NCBI RefSeq assembly: GCF_006345805.1
Contig: NC_043011.1
Coordinates: forward strand, 42,358,464 to 42,422,463
Reading direction: 5' to 3'
Length of the DNA stretch: 64,000 bases
From: Octopus sinensis
Taxonomy: Eukaryota
Both the position numbers and the translations under genes were made by a program. Positions 12,665 to 24,735 of this stretch are shown piece by piece. A model generated the notes under the pieces. It worked only from the letters and a program-made list of their open reading frames with translations. It had not been told where the DNA came from and did no database searches. Each line of letters begins with the position of its first letter. Positions within the stretch are counted from its first letter, which is position 1.

Positions 12665-13771
12665 CTGAAAATAGAAAATAAAAAAGAAATGAATCTTAAG
12701 GAGGCTTTAAGAAAGAAGAGTTAAAGAAATAATTGATAGTTTGCCAAAATAGAATCATTTCCCAAAAAGTGGAGTTAACAACAGATACATTCAGAGTGGA
12801 AGGATATTTTCTATCAATTTCAGTTTTTTCATCTGAAGAATTAGGAAAAATAAGAATTGTCCTTATTTTTTTATGTTTTACTTGTTTTAGTCATCAGAGT
12901 GCGGCCATGCTGGGGCACCCTTTGAAGAATCTTTGGTCAAATGAATCAACCCCAGGACTTTTTTTTAAGTACTTATTCTATCAGTCTCTTTTGCTGAACT
13001 GCTAGGTTATGGGGATGTAAATGCACCAACACTGGTTGTAAAGCAGTGGTGGTAGACAGACACAAAGACCACAGCCCATACATATATATGATCAAATCAA
13101 AACCAAAATCAAAATGGAAATTGCAGTTGTGGACTGACTGGCACCTGTGCTGGTGGCACATTATAAGCACCATTCACCAGTGCCACCTGACTGGCTCCTC
13201 ATACCGGTGACATGTAAAAAGCACCCACTACACTCTCGGAGTGGTTGGCGTTAGGAAGGGCATCCAGCTGTAGAAACATTGGCAGATCAGATTGGTGTCT
13301 GGTGTAGCCTCCTGGCTTGCCAGTCTTAAATCAAACTGTCCAACTCATGCCAGCATGGAAAACGGACATTAAACGATGATGATGATGATATACACACACA
13401 CGACAGGCTTCTTTCAGTTTGTGTCTACCGCATCCACTCACAAGGCTTTGGTCACCCTGAGGTTATAGGAGACACCTGCCTAAGGTTCCACACAGTGGAA
13501 CTGAACCCGGAACCATGTGGTTTGGAAGCAAAACTTCTCACCACAGTCACACCTGTTTTACCTCTTAAATTAGCAGCTGAATACTTCTACTATCTCCTAA
13601 CATTGCAACTACCATAACACTACCACAGTCATCACTATGCCACCTCTCTGTTATATCCAGAACCGTCCGAAGTAGGATGTAATCTTATGTGGCCACTAGA
13701 GCAACACCACCACTACCACCATTCCAATCAAGCAACTCTTGGTCAATTAAAACTGATGTTAGGATGCTCAC

Positions 13772-13997
13772 CTGAACATTAGGCTGTGACTGTGCCACAG
13801 AAACCATTTTCTTGAAAGCTTCCACATCCTGGAATGTTCTTTCGGCAGCAGAGCCTTTTGTGAAATAATGTGTAAAGGTTTCCTGTAACTGGTCAAATGT
13901 TTTAAGTTGTGAATGGTCCTTGGCAGACCCAGGTTCAATGTGGAGATCTTTCAAGAATGGAATTCCTTCAATAATAATGTCCAAACAAGAATTGATC
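13772..13997 (-). CDS. ADPGK: ADPGK exon 2 (INSCLDIIIEG...KGSAAERTFQD...QPNVQ)
   Basis: tttgtag|G acceptor (phase 2) and CAG|GTGAGC donor (phase 0). Contains the conserved KG.AAER.F motif. Confidence 0.95.
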
Positions 13998-14054
13998 CTA
14001 CAAAGAAAAAAGATCTGAATGTTATTAAACAAACTGAAGAAAATATAAAAACAA

Positions 14055-15690
14055 ATCCCATGTCTTCCTGGGTCTACCTCTACCCCGGATTCATTCAACT
14101 TTTGGGAGTGGCACTCCTTCACACATCTCTCCTCATCCATCCATAGTACAGGACCATACCAGCATAAACATCTCTCTTGCACGCCACAACCTATGCTTCT
14201 TATGTCCAGCATTTCTCTCAGGGCACTTACACTCTGTTGTGTGTGCACAGACATTACACATCCAGCGGATCATACTAGCTTAATTTCTTTCAAGCCTACG
14301 CATGTCTTCTTCAGTCACAGCCCACGTTTTACAACCGTGAAGCATGGCAGTTCGTACACATGCATCGTACAATCTACCTTTCACTCTGCACAAGAGGCCC
14401 TTTGTCACCAGTAGGGATAGAAGCTTTCTAAACTTTGCCCAGGCTATTCTTATTCTAGTGGTAACACTCTCTGAGCATCCTCCCCCCCACTACCAACTTG
14501 GTCACGTATCAGTGGTGTCTATTGCCCCTGTGCATCTGCTGCACATGAAAGCTACCTTCTCGGTTAATCTTCCTTTGATGTTGCTGCACCTCTTATGTGT
14601 CCATAGCTTACACTGGGTACATCTTATGGAGTTTCTACCTACACCTTTTCTACAGATCGAGCAGGGTCACCTACCTGTGTGGGTGTGTTATTTGTTCGCC
14701 TTCCTTCTTACTAAAACTTTGGTCTTTGCAACATGATCCTAAGGCGTTTCGATTCTAAACCTTGCTTCCACACCTGAAATTTCTTTAATTCTGGTAGTGA
14801 TTCTGCTATGAGGGCCAGGTTGTCAGCATAAAGGAGCTCCCAGGGACAACCTGTCTTGAATTCCTGTTATTGCATGGAGGACTATGATGAATAAAAGGGG
14901 ACTGAGGGCTGAACTTTGGTGGACCCCTACTTCTACCTGGAATTCTTCACTATACTGATTGTTCATCTTAACCTTACTAACAGCCTCTCTGTATAGGGCC
15001 TGTACAGCCCTTATTAACCATTCGTCAATCCCCAGTTTCCGCATCGCCCACCAGATAAGGGATCAAGGACCCTGTGAAAGGCTTTCTCCAAGTCCACAAA
15101 AGCTAAGTATAGGGTTTTATCTTTAGCCAGGTATTTCTCCTGCAGTTGTTGAACCAGGAATATGGCATCAGTGGTGCTTCTGCCCAGCACAAAACTGAAC
15201 TGCATCTCATCTAAGCAGAATCTCTCCCTAATGAGATGGGCTATGACCCTCTCTGTTACTTTCATCACCTGATCCAGCAGTTTAATACTCCTGTAGTTAT
15301 TTCTATCTGGAGCAGTTGACTATGGTGCTGCTATGCCAATCATTGGGTATGACTCCATCATGAACTACCTGGTTTACAATGCGGGTGACTAGGCCAAATC
15401 CTACACCAACAGATGTTTTAAGCATCTCAGTAGTGATTCCTGATGGACTGGGGGCTTTTCCTGGCTTCATACTCTTAATTGCTTTATCTACAAAGGAGCT
15501 GTCTATTCAGATAGCTGGTCCCTCTACTGGGTCAACATTTGGCAGGCTCTCCTCCTCCCATTCATTCTCCACGTTCAGCAGTCTTTCATAATGGCTTCTC
15601 CAAGCCTCTTACTTTCTGAATCATTAAAAGCAAGTGCACCATCATCCATGCGGACACATTTCTCTCCTGTGACATCACAATTTTCTCTCA
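14055..15690 (-). mobile_element. Decayed RTE-clade LINE (RT domain to ORF2 C-terminus), frameshifted
   Basis: ORF pieces QF.F..GRSTTDAIF, AFVDLEKAF, VGVHQ.S.LSPLLF and GRPRKTW-like end. Homologous to copies at 18.2 and 31.2 kb. Confidence 0.9.
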
Positions 15691-16366
15691 CACACTGTCT
15701 TGCAACCCAAAATACCTCAGTTCATGAAAATATAAATAAGGGTGCTGGAGGGCCAATGCCAATATGCTAGAAGTAGAGATCAAATGTGTACAGGCGTAAA
15801 CAGTAGGAGCTCCCATAAAATCCCTGATCTTTGGAACATACCCATTTGAAAGAACCCCCTGCGGTGATAGGAATTGTATAGTGTAAAGAGTAAGCTTTAC
15901 ACTACACTGCAAAACATTGCATTCTGTAGTGTAAGGAGTACAGAGGGGTGGTACAGAAACAAGACGATGTACATTGTAGCGACAGCTGCTCTCTCAATCA
16001 TAAATGAGAGGATACGTGAAAACTGGCAGAGACTCAAGGAGGAGAAAAGCTTGTCATTGCTACATCAAAATGCTAACCTAGAACAAGTATGCTTGGTACA
16101 TGTTGTGGAAGGATTCCGACCAGCCACCAAGAGACTAAAAAGTGGACGGACTGTGTATGATTGGCAGTTCTGTGTTGATAGCAGTTCACTGTGAGCCTTT
16201 GATATAGAGCGTTGAGCCCCGTGTAATAGAAATAGTAGTGCGGTGTGTATATACTTTCTTTCCCCTGCTCCATTATACTATATATCCAATACATGGATAT
16301 AAAAGTAGATAACAGATGTTAAAATTTTATTGACACATAAAATAGAAATCACACTCCGATTACGGA

Positions 16367-16995
16367 GGCCCCCGTATATAATAGAAAATAGGCCAAGTGA
16401 AGCCCCCGTATATAATAGAAAATAGGCCAAGTGAGGCCCCCGTATATAATAGAAAATAGGCCAAGTGAGGCCCCCGTATATAATAGAAAATAGGCCAAGT
16501 GAGGCCCCCGTATATAATAGAAAATAGGCCAAGTGAAGCCCCCCGTATATAATAGAAAATAGGCCAAGTGAGGCCCCCGTATATAATAGAAAATAGGCCA
16601 AGTGAGGCCCCCCGTATATAATAGAAAATAGGCCAAGTGAAGCCCCCCATATATAATAGAAAATAGGCCAAGTGAGGCCCCCGTATATAATAGAAAATAG
16701 GCCAAGTGAGCCCCCCCATATAATAGAAAATAGGCCAAGTGAGGCCCCCTGTATATAATAGAAAATAGGCCAAGTGAGGCCCCCCGTATATAATAGAAAA
16801 TAGGCCAAGTGAGGGCCTCCCCGTATATAATAGAAAATAGGCCAAGTGAGCCCCCCCCGTATATAATAGAAAATAGGCCAAGTGAGGCCCCCCGTATATA
16901 ATAGAAAATAGGCCAAGTGAGGCCCCCCCCCCGTATATAATAGAAAATAGGCCAAGTGAGCCCCCCCCCGTATATAATAGAAAATAGGCCAAGTC
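16367..16995. repeat. 34-bp minisatellite, 18 copies
   Basis: Unit GGCCCCCGTATATAATAGAAAATAGGCCAAGTGA with a variable C-run. Confidence 0.97.
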
Positions 16996-17335
16996 TCACA
17001 AGAACACTTGTAGTGAGTTATAACGATGCCCCACTCCATCACACCCTGCAACCCAACAACTAAGGCAGAATAAGAAAAAGCTTGAATAAATGATAAAAGA
17101 CAGGTGCAAACAGTGATATACAAACCTATCTACACTCACACATAGACGTAGATGCTTGTACAAATAGTGACATATGCAAACAGAAAGGTAAAATAAAACA
17201 GACAGGACAAGACAAGCAATAAGTGAACACACAAGGAACAGAAAGTTGCTAAAGAGGTCACAAAATAATGTGGGATGAAAGAACTGATAAACTAATAATA
17301 ATAATAATAAGCTAAAGTGAAGCCCTAATATCCAA

Positions 17336-17722
17336 ACGTGGCTGTTGCCAGCGCCGCCCCGACGGGCATCCGTGCCGGTGGCGCGTAAAAAGCACCATCC
17401 GATCGTGGCCGTTGCCAGCCTCACCTGGCCCCCATGCCGGTGGCACGTAAAAAGCACCATCCGATCATAGCCGTTGCCAGCCCCGTCTGGCACCCGTGCC
17501 GGTGGCACGTAAAAAGCACCATCCGACCGTGGCCGTTTGCCAGCCCCGTCTGGCACCTGTGCCAGTGGCACATAAAAAGCACCTGCTACATTCACGGAGT
17601 GGTTGGCGTTAGGAAGGGCATCCAGCCGTAGAAACATTGCCAGGTCAGACTGGCCTCCCAGACCTCAGTTGAACCGTCCAACCCATGCTAGCATGGAAAG
17701 CGGATGCTAAATGATGATGATG

Positions 17723-17725
<3 letters not shown>
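17336..17725 (+). mobile_element. RTE 3'-UTR/tail copy with about 4 internal ~62-bp repeats
   Basis: Same tail as 32.7-33.0 kb. Other copies (approx.): 9870-10155, 13119-13389, 20030-20349, 51040-51217, 59382-59733 (+); 33358-33492, 37123-37262, 38296-38495, 38763-39285, 40951-41375, 44192-44457, 59820-59995, 60066-60260 (-). Confidence 0.88.
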
Positions 17726-17770
<45 letters not shown>

Positions 17771-18177
17771 TAGAATCAAAATGAGGGTGAAAAATTCGAT
17801 ATTAATTTGATAACATCAATTTTAACACCAGTGGTCTAACATATAAAAAACTGAGATTCAGTAAATAGTATTTCATACATAAATATAAGAGGGAATTTTT
17901 TAACAAGTGTAATATATATATATATATATATATGCACTCCTATTACTGATAGCCAATTTTTGTATATAGTAAAAGATTAGTAAATAAACTATAAAATTAT
18001 CACCCAATAGACGGATCTTTTCCTTCGCCATAAAGTAGTGATGGCTATTCTGAAAGTGTGTCAGTCAACTATCACTAAACTACTAGTTTATTTACTAATC
18101 CCTAAGCAAAGATAAAAATGGCAGTAGATAATAGGATGTACATGTATAACATACATGATATTCCATCACACTCCAGG

Positions 18178-18770
18178 GGGAGAAACTAGAAGTAGTTGAT
18201 AGCTTCCGCTACCTAGGCGACCAAGTTAGTAGAGGGGGTGGATGCTCAGAGAGCGTTACCACTAGAATAAGAATAGCCTGGGCAAAGTTTAGAAAGCGTC
18301 TACCCCTACTGGCGACAAAGGGCCTCTCACTCAGAGTGAAAGGTAAATTATACGATGCATGTGTGCAAACTGCCATGCTTCACGGTAGTGAAACATGGGC
18401 CGTGACTATGGAGGACATGCGTAAGCTTGAAAGAAATGAAGCTAGCATGATTCGCTGGATGTGTAATGTCAGTGTGCACACACGACAGAGTGTAAGCGTC
18501 CTGAGAGAAATGCTGGACATAAGATGCATCGGATGTGGCATGCAAGCGAGACGTTTGCGCTGGTATGGTCATGTACTATGGATGGATGAGGAGAGATGTG
18601 TGAAGAAGTGCCACTCCCAAACAGTTGAAGGAATCCGGGGTAGAGGTAGACCCAGGAAGACATGGGATGTGGTAGTGAAGCATGACCTTTGAAAGTTGGG
18701 CCTTCATGGAGGCAATGATGAAGGACCAAGACCTCTGGAGATATACTGTGACTGTGAAGACCCGGCTGTA
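18178..18770 (+). mobile_element. RTE LINE ORF2 C-terminal fragment
   Basis: KGKLYDAC...HGSETW...LRWYGHV...RGRPRKTW. Confidence 0.9.
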
Positions 18771-19133
18771 TCCTACACCAGTTTCTTATAAGTTATTTCC
18801 TCTTAATTTGCTTCTGTACCCCACACCCCACTGCAAAGAATCAGGTTACACCTCTCTTTTGTACCCATTCACTACTATTAACTGTTTCTATAACTACACA
18901 ACTATGCTGACACAAACTCCATTCACTGTCTCTACTTATCACATCAGAAGTTATTTAACCCTAGGTCAGCCTTCTTGATACAGCAAAGCAATGACTGAAA
19001 GTGCTCCAGCCATGACCAGCTCATTTAGTATGCTTAAGACTACATTATCCACATGTTCTTGTTGTTGCCAAACACCAATATAGGTTGTCAAACGATGATG
19101 AGGGACAAACACGAACACAAACATATACATATA

Positions 19134-19547
19134 TACTCTTTTACTCCCTTTACTCTTTTACTTGTTTCAGTCATTTGACTGCGGCCATGCTGGAGCACCG
19201 CCTTTAATCGAGCAACTCGACCCCGGGACTTATTCTTTGTAAGCCCAGTACTTATTCTATCGGTCTCTTTTGCCGAACTGCTAAGTGACGGGGACATAAA
19301 CACACCAGCATCGGTTGTCAAGCAATGCTAGGGGGACAAACACAGACACACACGCACACACACACACATACATATATATATATGACGGGCTTCTTTTCAG
19401 TTTCCGTCAACCAAATCCACTCACAAGGCTTTGGTCGGCCCGAGGCTATAGTAGAAGACACTTGCCCAAGGTTCCACTCAGTGGGGACTGAACCCGGAAC
19501 CATGTGGTTGGTAAGCAAACTACTTACCACACAGCTACTCCTGCGCC
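19134..19547 (-). mobile_element. SINE family A, full length, with an extra head-only copy at ~19580-19737
   Basis: Reverse complement of the family consensus. Confidence 0.9.
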
Positions 19548-20963
19548 TATATATATATATATACACACATACACACAATGGGCTTCTTTCAGTTTCCGTC
19601 TACCAAATCTACTCATGAGGCTTTGGTTGCCTGAGGTTATATTAGAAGACACTAGTCCAAGGTGCCACGCAGTGGAACTGAACCCACAACGATCTGGTTG
19701 GGAAGCAAGCTTCTTACCACACAGCCACTCCTGTGCCTCTACTTTTTCTTTTTTTGCTGTCGATGTATTTATCTGACAATACAAAGTTTGAATAATGAAC
19801 TTTTTAAAAAAGTAATAACGCCCGCAGCTATTTTGCTAAGTTTTTTTTTTTACTTTCAGTGGAAAATTAATCTGTCTATCTAGCCACGATAACTTTATTA
19901 TCTCCAACCACTGATTTAGTTGTCAATCTGGACAGACAGATAAATTGATCGAAAGATAGAAGATACGAAAATTTGAAAATTAAAATATTTTTTTGTCAGT
20001 CACAACATGTTTGTTTAAAATTTTAGCTCTGCTCGGTAGCACGTAAAATCGTAAAAAGCACCATCCGTTCATGTCCGTTGCCAGCCTCGCCTGGCCCCCG
20101 TGCCGGTGGCACATAAAAAGCAACATCCGTTCGTGGCCGTTTGCCAGCTCTGTCTGGCACCTGTGCAGGTGGCACGTAAAAAGCACCCACTACACTCATG
20201 GAGTGGTTGGCGTTAGGAAGGGCATCCAGCCGTAGAAACACTGCCAGATTTGACTGGGCCTGATGAAGCCTTCTGGCTTCACAGACCCCTGTAGAACCGT
20301 CCAACCCATGCTAGCATGGAAAACGGACGCTAAACGATGATGATGATGAAACTCTCCCCACCACCGCCTCTCTCTCTACCTCTTTCTTCAAAGATGTCAT
20401 TGCCCCCTTACACAATTTCACTCCTCTTTCTCTTCACTTCTCACTTCCACTAACCACATGGCAGCTTAATGTATCAGCTGGCAATCGCATCACTACCCTC
20501 TCCCCATCTTTCTATTTGCTTTTCTTTAACCTCACCACCACCGCCTCCACCTTCTGTGTTAAACACTGTTTCCTAACTCTCTTTCTCTATATCACTCCCT
20601 TCAACTAACTTTTTAACCACTTAATAAATATTATGTTCCACCTACCGCATGTTGCAGACACTTCTCTCTCACGCTTTTTATTTTTCCTTTCAATGAATCA
20701 CGTAATTTTATAATGCTTTTCAGCCATAAGCACATTAATACATAAGCTAACAGACCCCGTGTCATCAAAAATGGTAACGGTTTTATAATTGATAGAAAAT
20801 GGCACATCAGCACAAAAGGGGAAAAAAAATTGATAAACGTCAGCAATCTAGTAAATGTATGTACATACACAGAATTAAAGCACTTGCAGAATTAGATACA
20901 ATCAGAACAGCTCAGTTGAAAATATTGCCCACATAATGCATGTGTGTGTGTGTGTGTGTGTCT

Positions 20964-21038
20964 AAGAACAGATTGGTCAACAGAATGTGGAAAGAACAGA
21001 TTGGTCAACAGATTGTGGAAAGAATAGATTGGTCAACA
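20964..21038. repeat. 28-bp tandem repeat, ~2.6 copies
   Basis: AAGAACAGATTGGTCAACAGAATGTGGA. Confidence 0.9.
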
Positions 21039-21159
21039 TGTAATTTTGTAATGTCTAATATCTCCTTAATATTTTTTGCTCATAACTTATAAATGCAGAT
21101 TTATTGCATAAATTTGTAATTTGGTGAATAAATACAAAATAAATAAATAATTACCAAAA

Positions 21160-21274
21160 CCGTTAGATTCACTTCAACATTTAAATTTAATTTGTCAAAA
21201 TATTTTCATCACTTTGAAACCGCAACAAAAATATTTTGACAAATTAAATTTAAATGTTGAAGTGAATCTAACGG
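21160..21274. repeat. Perfect 47-bp inverted repeat with 21-nt spacer
   Basis: 21160-21206 is the exact reverse complement of 21228-21274. Confidence 0.95.
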
Positions 21275-21552
21275 CTTTTGTGTGTTTCTTAAATGGCTTA
21301 TTAACACCTTCTACGCTGCAATTGTTTTCATTCCAGCACACGATCTCAGATCAAGTCACTCACTATGCACAAGTACATCTCCAAAATAATTATTAACTGT
21401 TAACTTTTTCCTTCTCTTAATGGAATATGGGTTACATTGATTTGGAGAAATTTATTTCCCAGAGATATAAAGTATTGAACCAGAGTATTCTTGGATGTAA
21501 TCATCACTTTAAGAGGTTAATATATCCTCAAAACAATCTATATATACATACA

Positions 21553-21833
21553 CAGTGACAGACTGGTTCTAAAAATATTGGTTGCCAGAAGATTAAGGGG
21601 ACCCACCTGCAACTAAAATGCTATCATTTATTTTTTTTTTGTTGTTAAATATATTCTTTTCAACTGTCTACAAACACAGCCAGGCTGAAATAATGTATTC
21701 TTCCAGGAGTGAATAAAAAATCCTCTAACCTGAGGGGATGGGCCTCTTAGATACTAACATGGGCTCCCATTTATGAATTCGTGGGGGCCCACTTACCATC
21801 GGGCAAGCTGGCAACCTGGCCAGTCCGCCACTG
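21553..21833. mobile_element. Small MITE
   Basis: Termini CAGTGACAGACTGG and CCAGTCCGCCACTG are inverted, 12/14 match. Confidence 0.5.
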
Positions 21834-21849
21834 TATATATATATATATA

Positions 21850-22292
21850 TTATTTATTTAAAGGGCATAATATATGTACTTAAGTGCTAGTAATAGTTTC
21901 ATATGTTGAGAAATACTCAAACATATTCTTCAGATGCAAACCACATATCATAATGAACTAAAAAAGTTTAATAATAGAAGAAATGTGAAAAACCTGAGAA
22001 GACAGCATATAGAAAATAAAAACCGGAAAACAAACACAAAACTGAAATGTAAAATATAAAAAAATAAAAAGGTAAAAGAGCTATCCTCCTTAGACCTTAA
22101 ATGATAAGGCTGGAAATATATCAAGTCAGGAATAGGCAGGATTTTCCAGTTCTTTAAAATATATTTATGCATATGCTTGCAACAACTGAAAATTTCTGAC
22201 TTGAAGTTCAATAGAGAGTTAGGTATCTTAGATCTGAATAGGATCTGAGCTCTTTCAGCTAAACAAAGTCTACATTTATTCGATCCATTCAC
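21850..22292 (-). mobile_element. Penelope-like element 3' remnant (GIY-YIG C-terminus plus pseudo-LTR with degenerate hammerhead)
   Basis: KCRLCLAERAQILF...SLLNFKSEIFSCCKH..KYIL matches the PLE C-terminal C..C...LLN.RSE...CRH motif. CTGAAGA-stem-GAAA at 21933-21897. Confidence 0.75.
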
Positions 22293-22294
22293 AT

Positions 22295-23292
22295 AAGGTG
22301 GGTGAATGTACTTCGTACACTAATGAATAGGAGACCGGTGAGGGTGCTACAAATGGTACAGGCCCTAGAAAATGTGGAATGCATCAGACAAGCTTTGATA
22401 TGGGGTCTGAATCGCTCTGCTCCGAGGCATTCCACTGAACTTGGCATCAGAAATCGATCAGTAAGGTGTATTTTGCATGAAGACCTGCATTTCCACCCGT
22501 ACAAATTGTTCGCTGGGCAACAGTTGAAACCATGGGACTATGCCCAGTGGCTTAACTTCGCACATCAGATTGAAGCAATGACAACCTAATTTTGTTAATG
22601 AGTGATGAAGTTCATTTTCATCTCATTGGCATCGTGAATCAACAGATCTGTCGTTATTGGGCTCTTGAAAAACCAAGAGAACTGCACAAAAGACCACAGC
22701 ACAGCCCAAAAGTGATGGTCTGGTGTGCTGTTGGAAAAGCTGCCATCATTGGTCCTTAATTCTCTGAAGACAATAATGGAAATGTTGCTACTGTGAACTC
22801 CGAGCATTACATTGAAATGATAACTTCTTTTTGCCCATCGTATGCCTATTCGACGTGTGTGGTTTCAGCAGGATGGGGTGATGGCCCACACAGCCCTCTC
22901 TTCGGTAACTGCCTCATTTCCAGGTTTGACATACCTTGGCCTCCTCAGTCCCCTGATTTGTCCATGTGTGATTAATTCTCGTGGGGAAACCTCAAGGAAC
23001 GTGTGTATGCACATAAGCCCCATGCACTGAACAATTTGAAGGAAGCTATTCATGTGGAAGTCGGCCAAATCAACAGAGCAATGCTGGAGAGAGTGGAGGC
23101 AAACTTCCAAGAGCGCCTTCAGAAATGCATCAATGAAAACGGACACCACATGATGGATGTTGTTTTTCACACCTGATTTTGACAAATGTTAATTCAATAC
23201 GAACACATTGATGTCAATAAAATTTGTTTGCAGTTAAAATTAATGATTTTGTGAATTTTTCAAAAACATTCATCCTTTCTACCCCACATGTA
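22295..23292 (+). mobile_element. Decayed Tc1/mariner transposase (rosa/ITm-like), frameshifted, 5' end missing
   Basis: LHEDLHFHPYKL, VNQQICRYW, KVMVWC..IIGP, WFQQDG..AH, WPPQSPDL, LKERVY..P..L..LKEAI motifs; ends TGTA. Confidence 0.88.
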
Positions 23293-23317
23293 CATATTAC
23301 TCCTGTGTGTGTGTATA

Positions 23318-23828
23318 CAGGGTGGTGCAAAAGTAGGTATACAAAAAAAAAAAGAAAACGCATACAATTCTCATTTATTTTTATAAAAAAAAATTAAAAG
23401 ATACAATAAAAGTATTATTCCAGTTCCACTATGCCATATGCCCATGGGCATATGGCATAGTGGTTAAGAGCACAGGCTACTAACCTCAAGATTCCAGTTC
23501 GATTCCAGGCAGTGACCTGAATAATAATAACAACATCCAAAAATACCTTAGGAATGAGAACGCAGGTTCGAAATTTCCCCAAGACACCTGATGAAGGCTG
23601 GAGGGTATATCAGTCAAAATGTTGTATTAACAACAAACAAGATGAGGACAAATATCCATCAAATGTAAATAAAGTATTATAATTAGGATAAATGTGTTAT
23701 TAGGATTAATGACACTGAAAATGTAAAAAATGTAGCTAACTAAAGTGCCAATAATTTTAATGAACTAAGTATTATAACATTGATGCAATACTTACTGTAT
23801 ATCTACTTTTGCACATGCCCCCACCCTG
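23318..23828. mobile_element. Tc1/mariner-type MITE hosting SINE D
   Basis: TA flanks; CAGGGTGG..TGCAAAAGTAG termini in inverted orientation (imperfect). Confidence 0.6.
23446..23680 (+). mobile_element. tRNA-headed SINE family D (label mine) with a hammerhead-like tail
   Basis: GGCATAGTGGTTAAG A box, GTTCGATTCC B box, then CTGATGA-stem-AAAA motif at 23588-23619. Confidence 0.78.
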
Positions 23829-24393
23829 TATATAAAGGAGGAGGCCTGGAATAGGTTGCCCACATAAGTTGGATTTAGTCTGTTTTGATGGAAATTAATA
23901 AAAAAAAATTTTTTTTTTTTCACTACACACTTCAGAAAAATGGAATGGGGGGAGCTTTTTATGAAAAAAAAAAACATTAGAAAATTTCGATTTTTTTTTT
24001 TTTACATTAATTCCCATATGCCCCAACCCAAGGCATTCGGGACGGAGTTTTTCCAAATTTTTCTTTTTTTGAACTTACACATTTAAAAAATGAGGAGACA
24101 TGCCTTTGCACTGGCAGTTGCATGATCATGAACTTGATACCAAGACTGAGTGGTTTGTTGTGGTCTTCAACAAAACACTTTGTGTTGTTCTGTGATCACT
24201 TCAACAAATGACACACTGTGCCCCTATACAGGGAGTGTTGATTCGGGTGACAGGAGTGAGCTTCTGTAAAACACAAACATTTACTCACTAGTTCAGTCAG
24301 GCATGCACTTTGCTTAGAAAGAAATTATAGAACAATCTCTTTCGCGCTCCAGATACTACCATTATAAATGTATAAATGTGTGTGTGTGTAGCT

Positions 24394-24735
24394 CAGTGGT
24401 TCCCAACGTGTGGCCCCCAAAGGTAGTCCTGGGGCGTCTGCCAAAGTAACAGACAGACCTTTCAATATCTTGGGGTGGTTGGCAGAATTGTTAGCACGCC
24501 AGGCGAAATGCCTAGTGGTATTTCGTCTGTCATTACGTTCTAAGTTCAAATTCCGTGAGGTCGACTTTGCCTTTCATCCTTTCAGGGTCGATAAATTAAG
24601 TACAGTTATGACTGGCCCCGCCTCCCCCAAAATTTCGTACCTTGTGCCTAGGGCAGTAAAGAATATCTTGGGGACCGTGGGAAAACTCATTTAAATAAAA
24701 GAGGCCCTTGGTAGTGAAAAGGTTGGAAACCACTG
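24394..24735. mobile_element. hAT-like MITE with nested SINE B
   Basis: TIR CAGTGGTTCCCAAC/GTTGGAAACCACTG. The SINE has a 12-bp TSD AATATCTTGGGG; the MITE's own TSD is not conserved. Confidence 0.75.

Noticed and set aside
16278-17123. Three overlapping 210-281 aa ORFs
   Set aside because: The minisatellite unit has no stop triplet on the minus strand, so all frames are open. Artefact.
23446-23520. tRNA genes at SINE heads (also families A and C)
   Set aside because: No complete cloverleaf or acceptor stem; the heads continue into repeat bodies.
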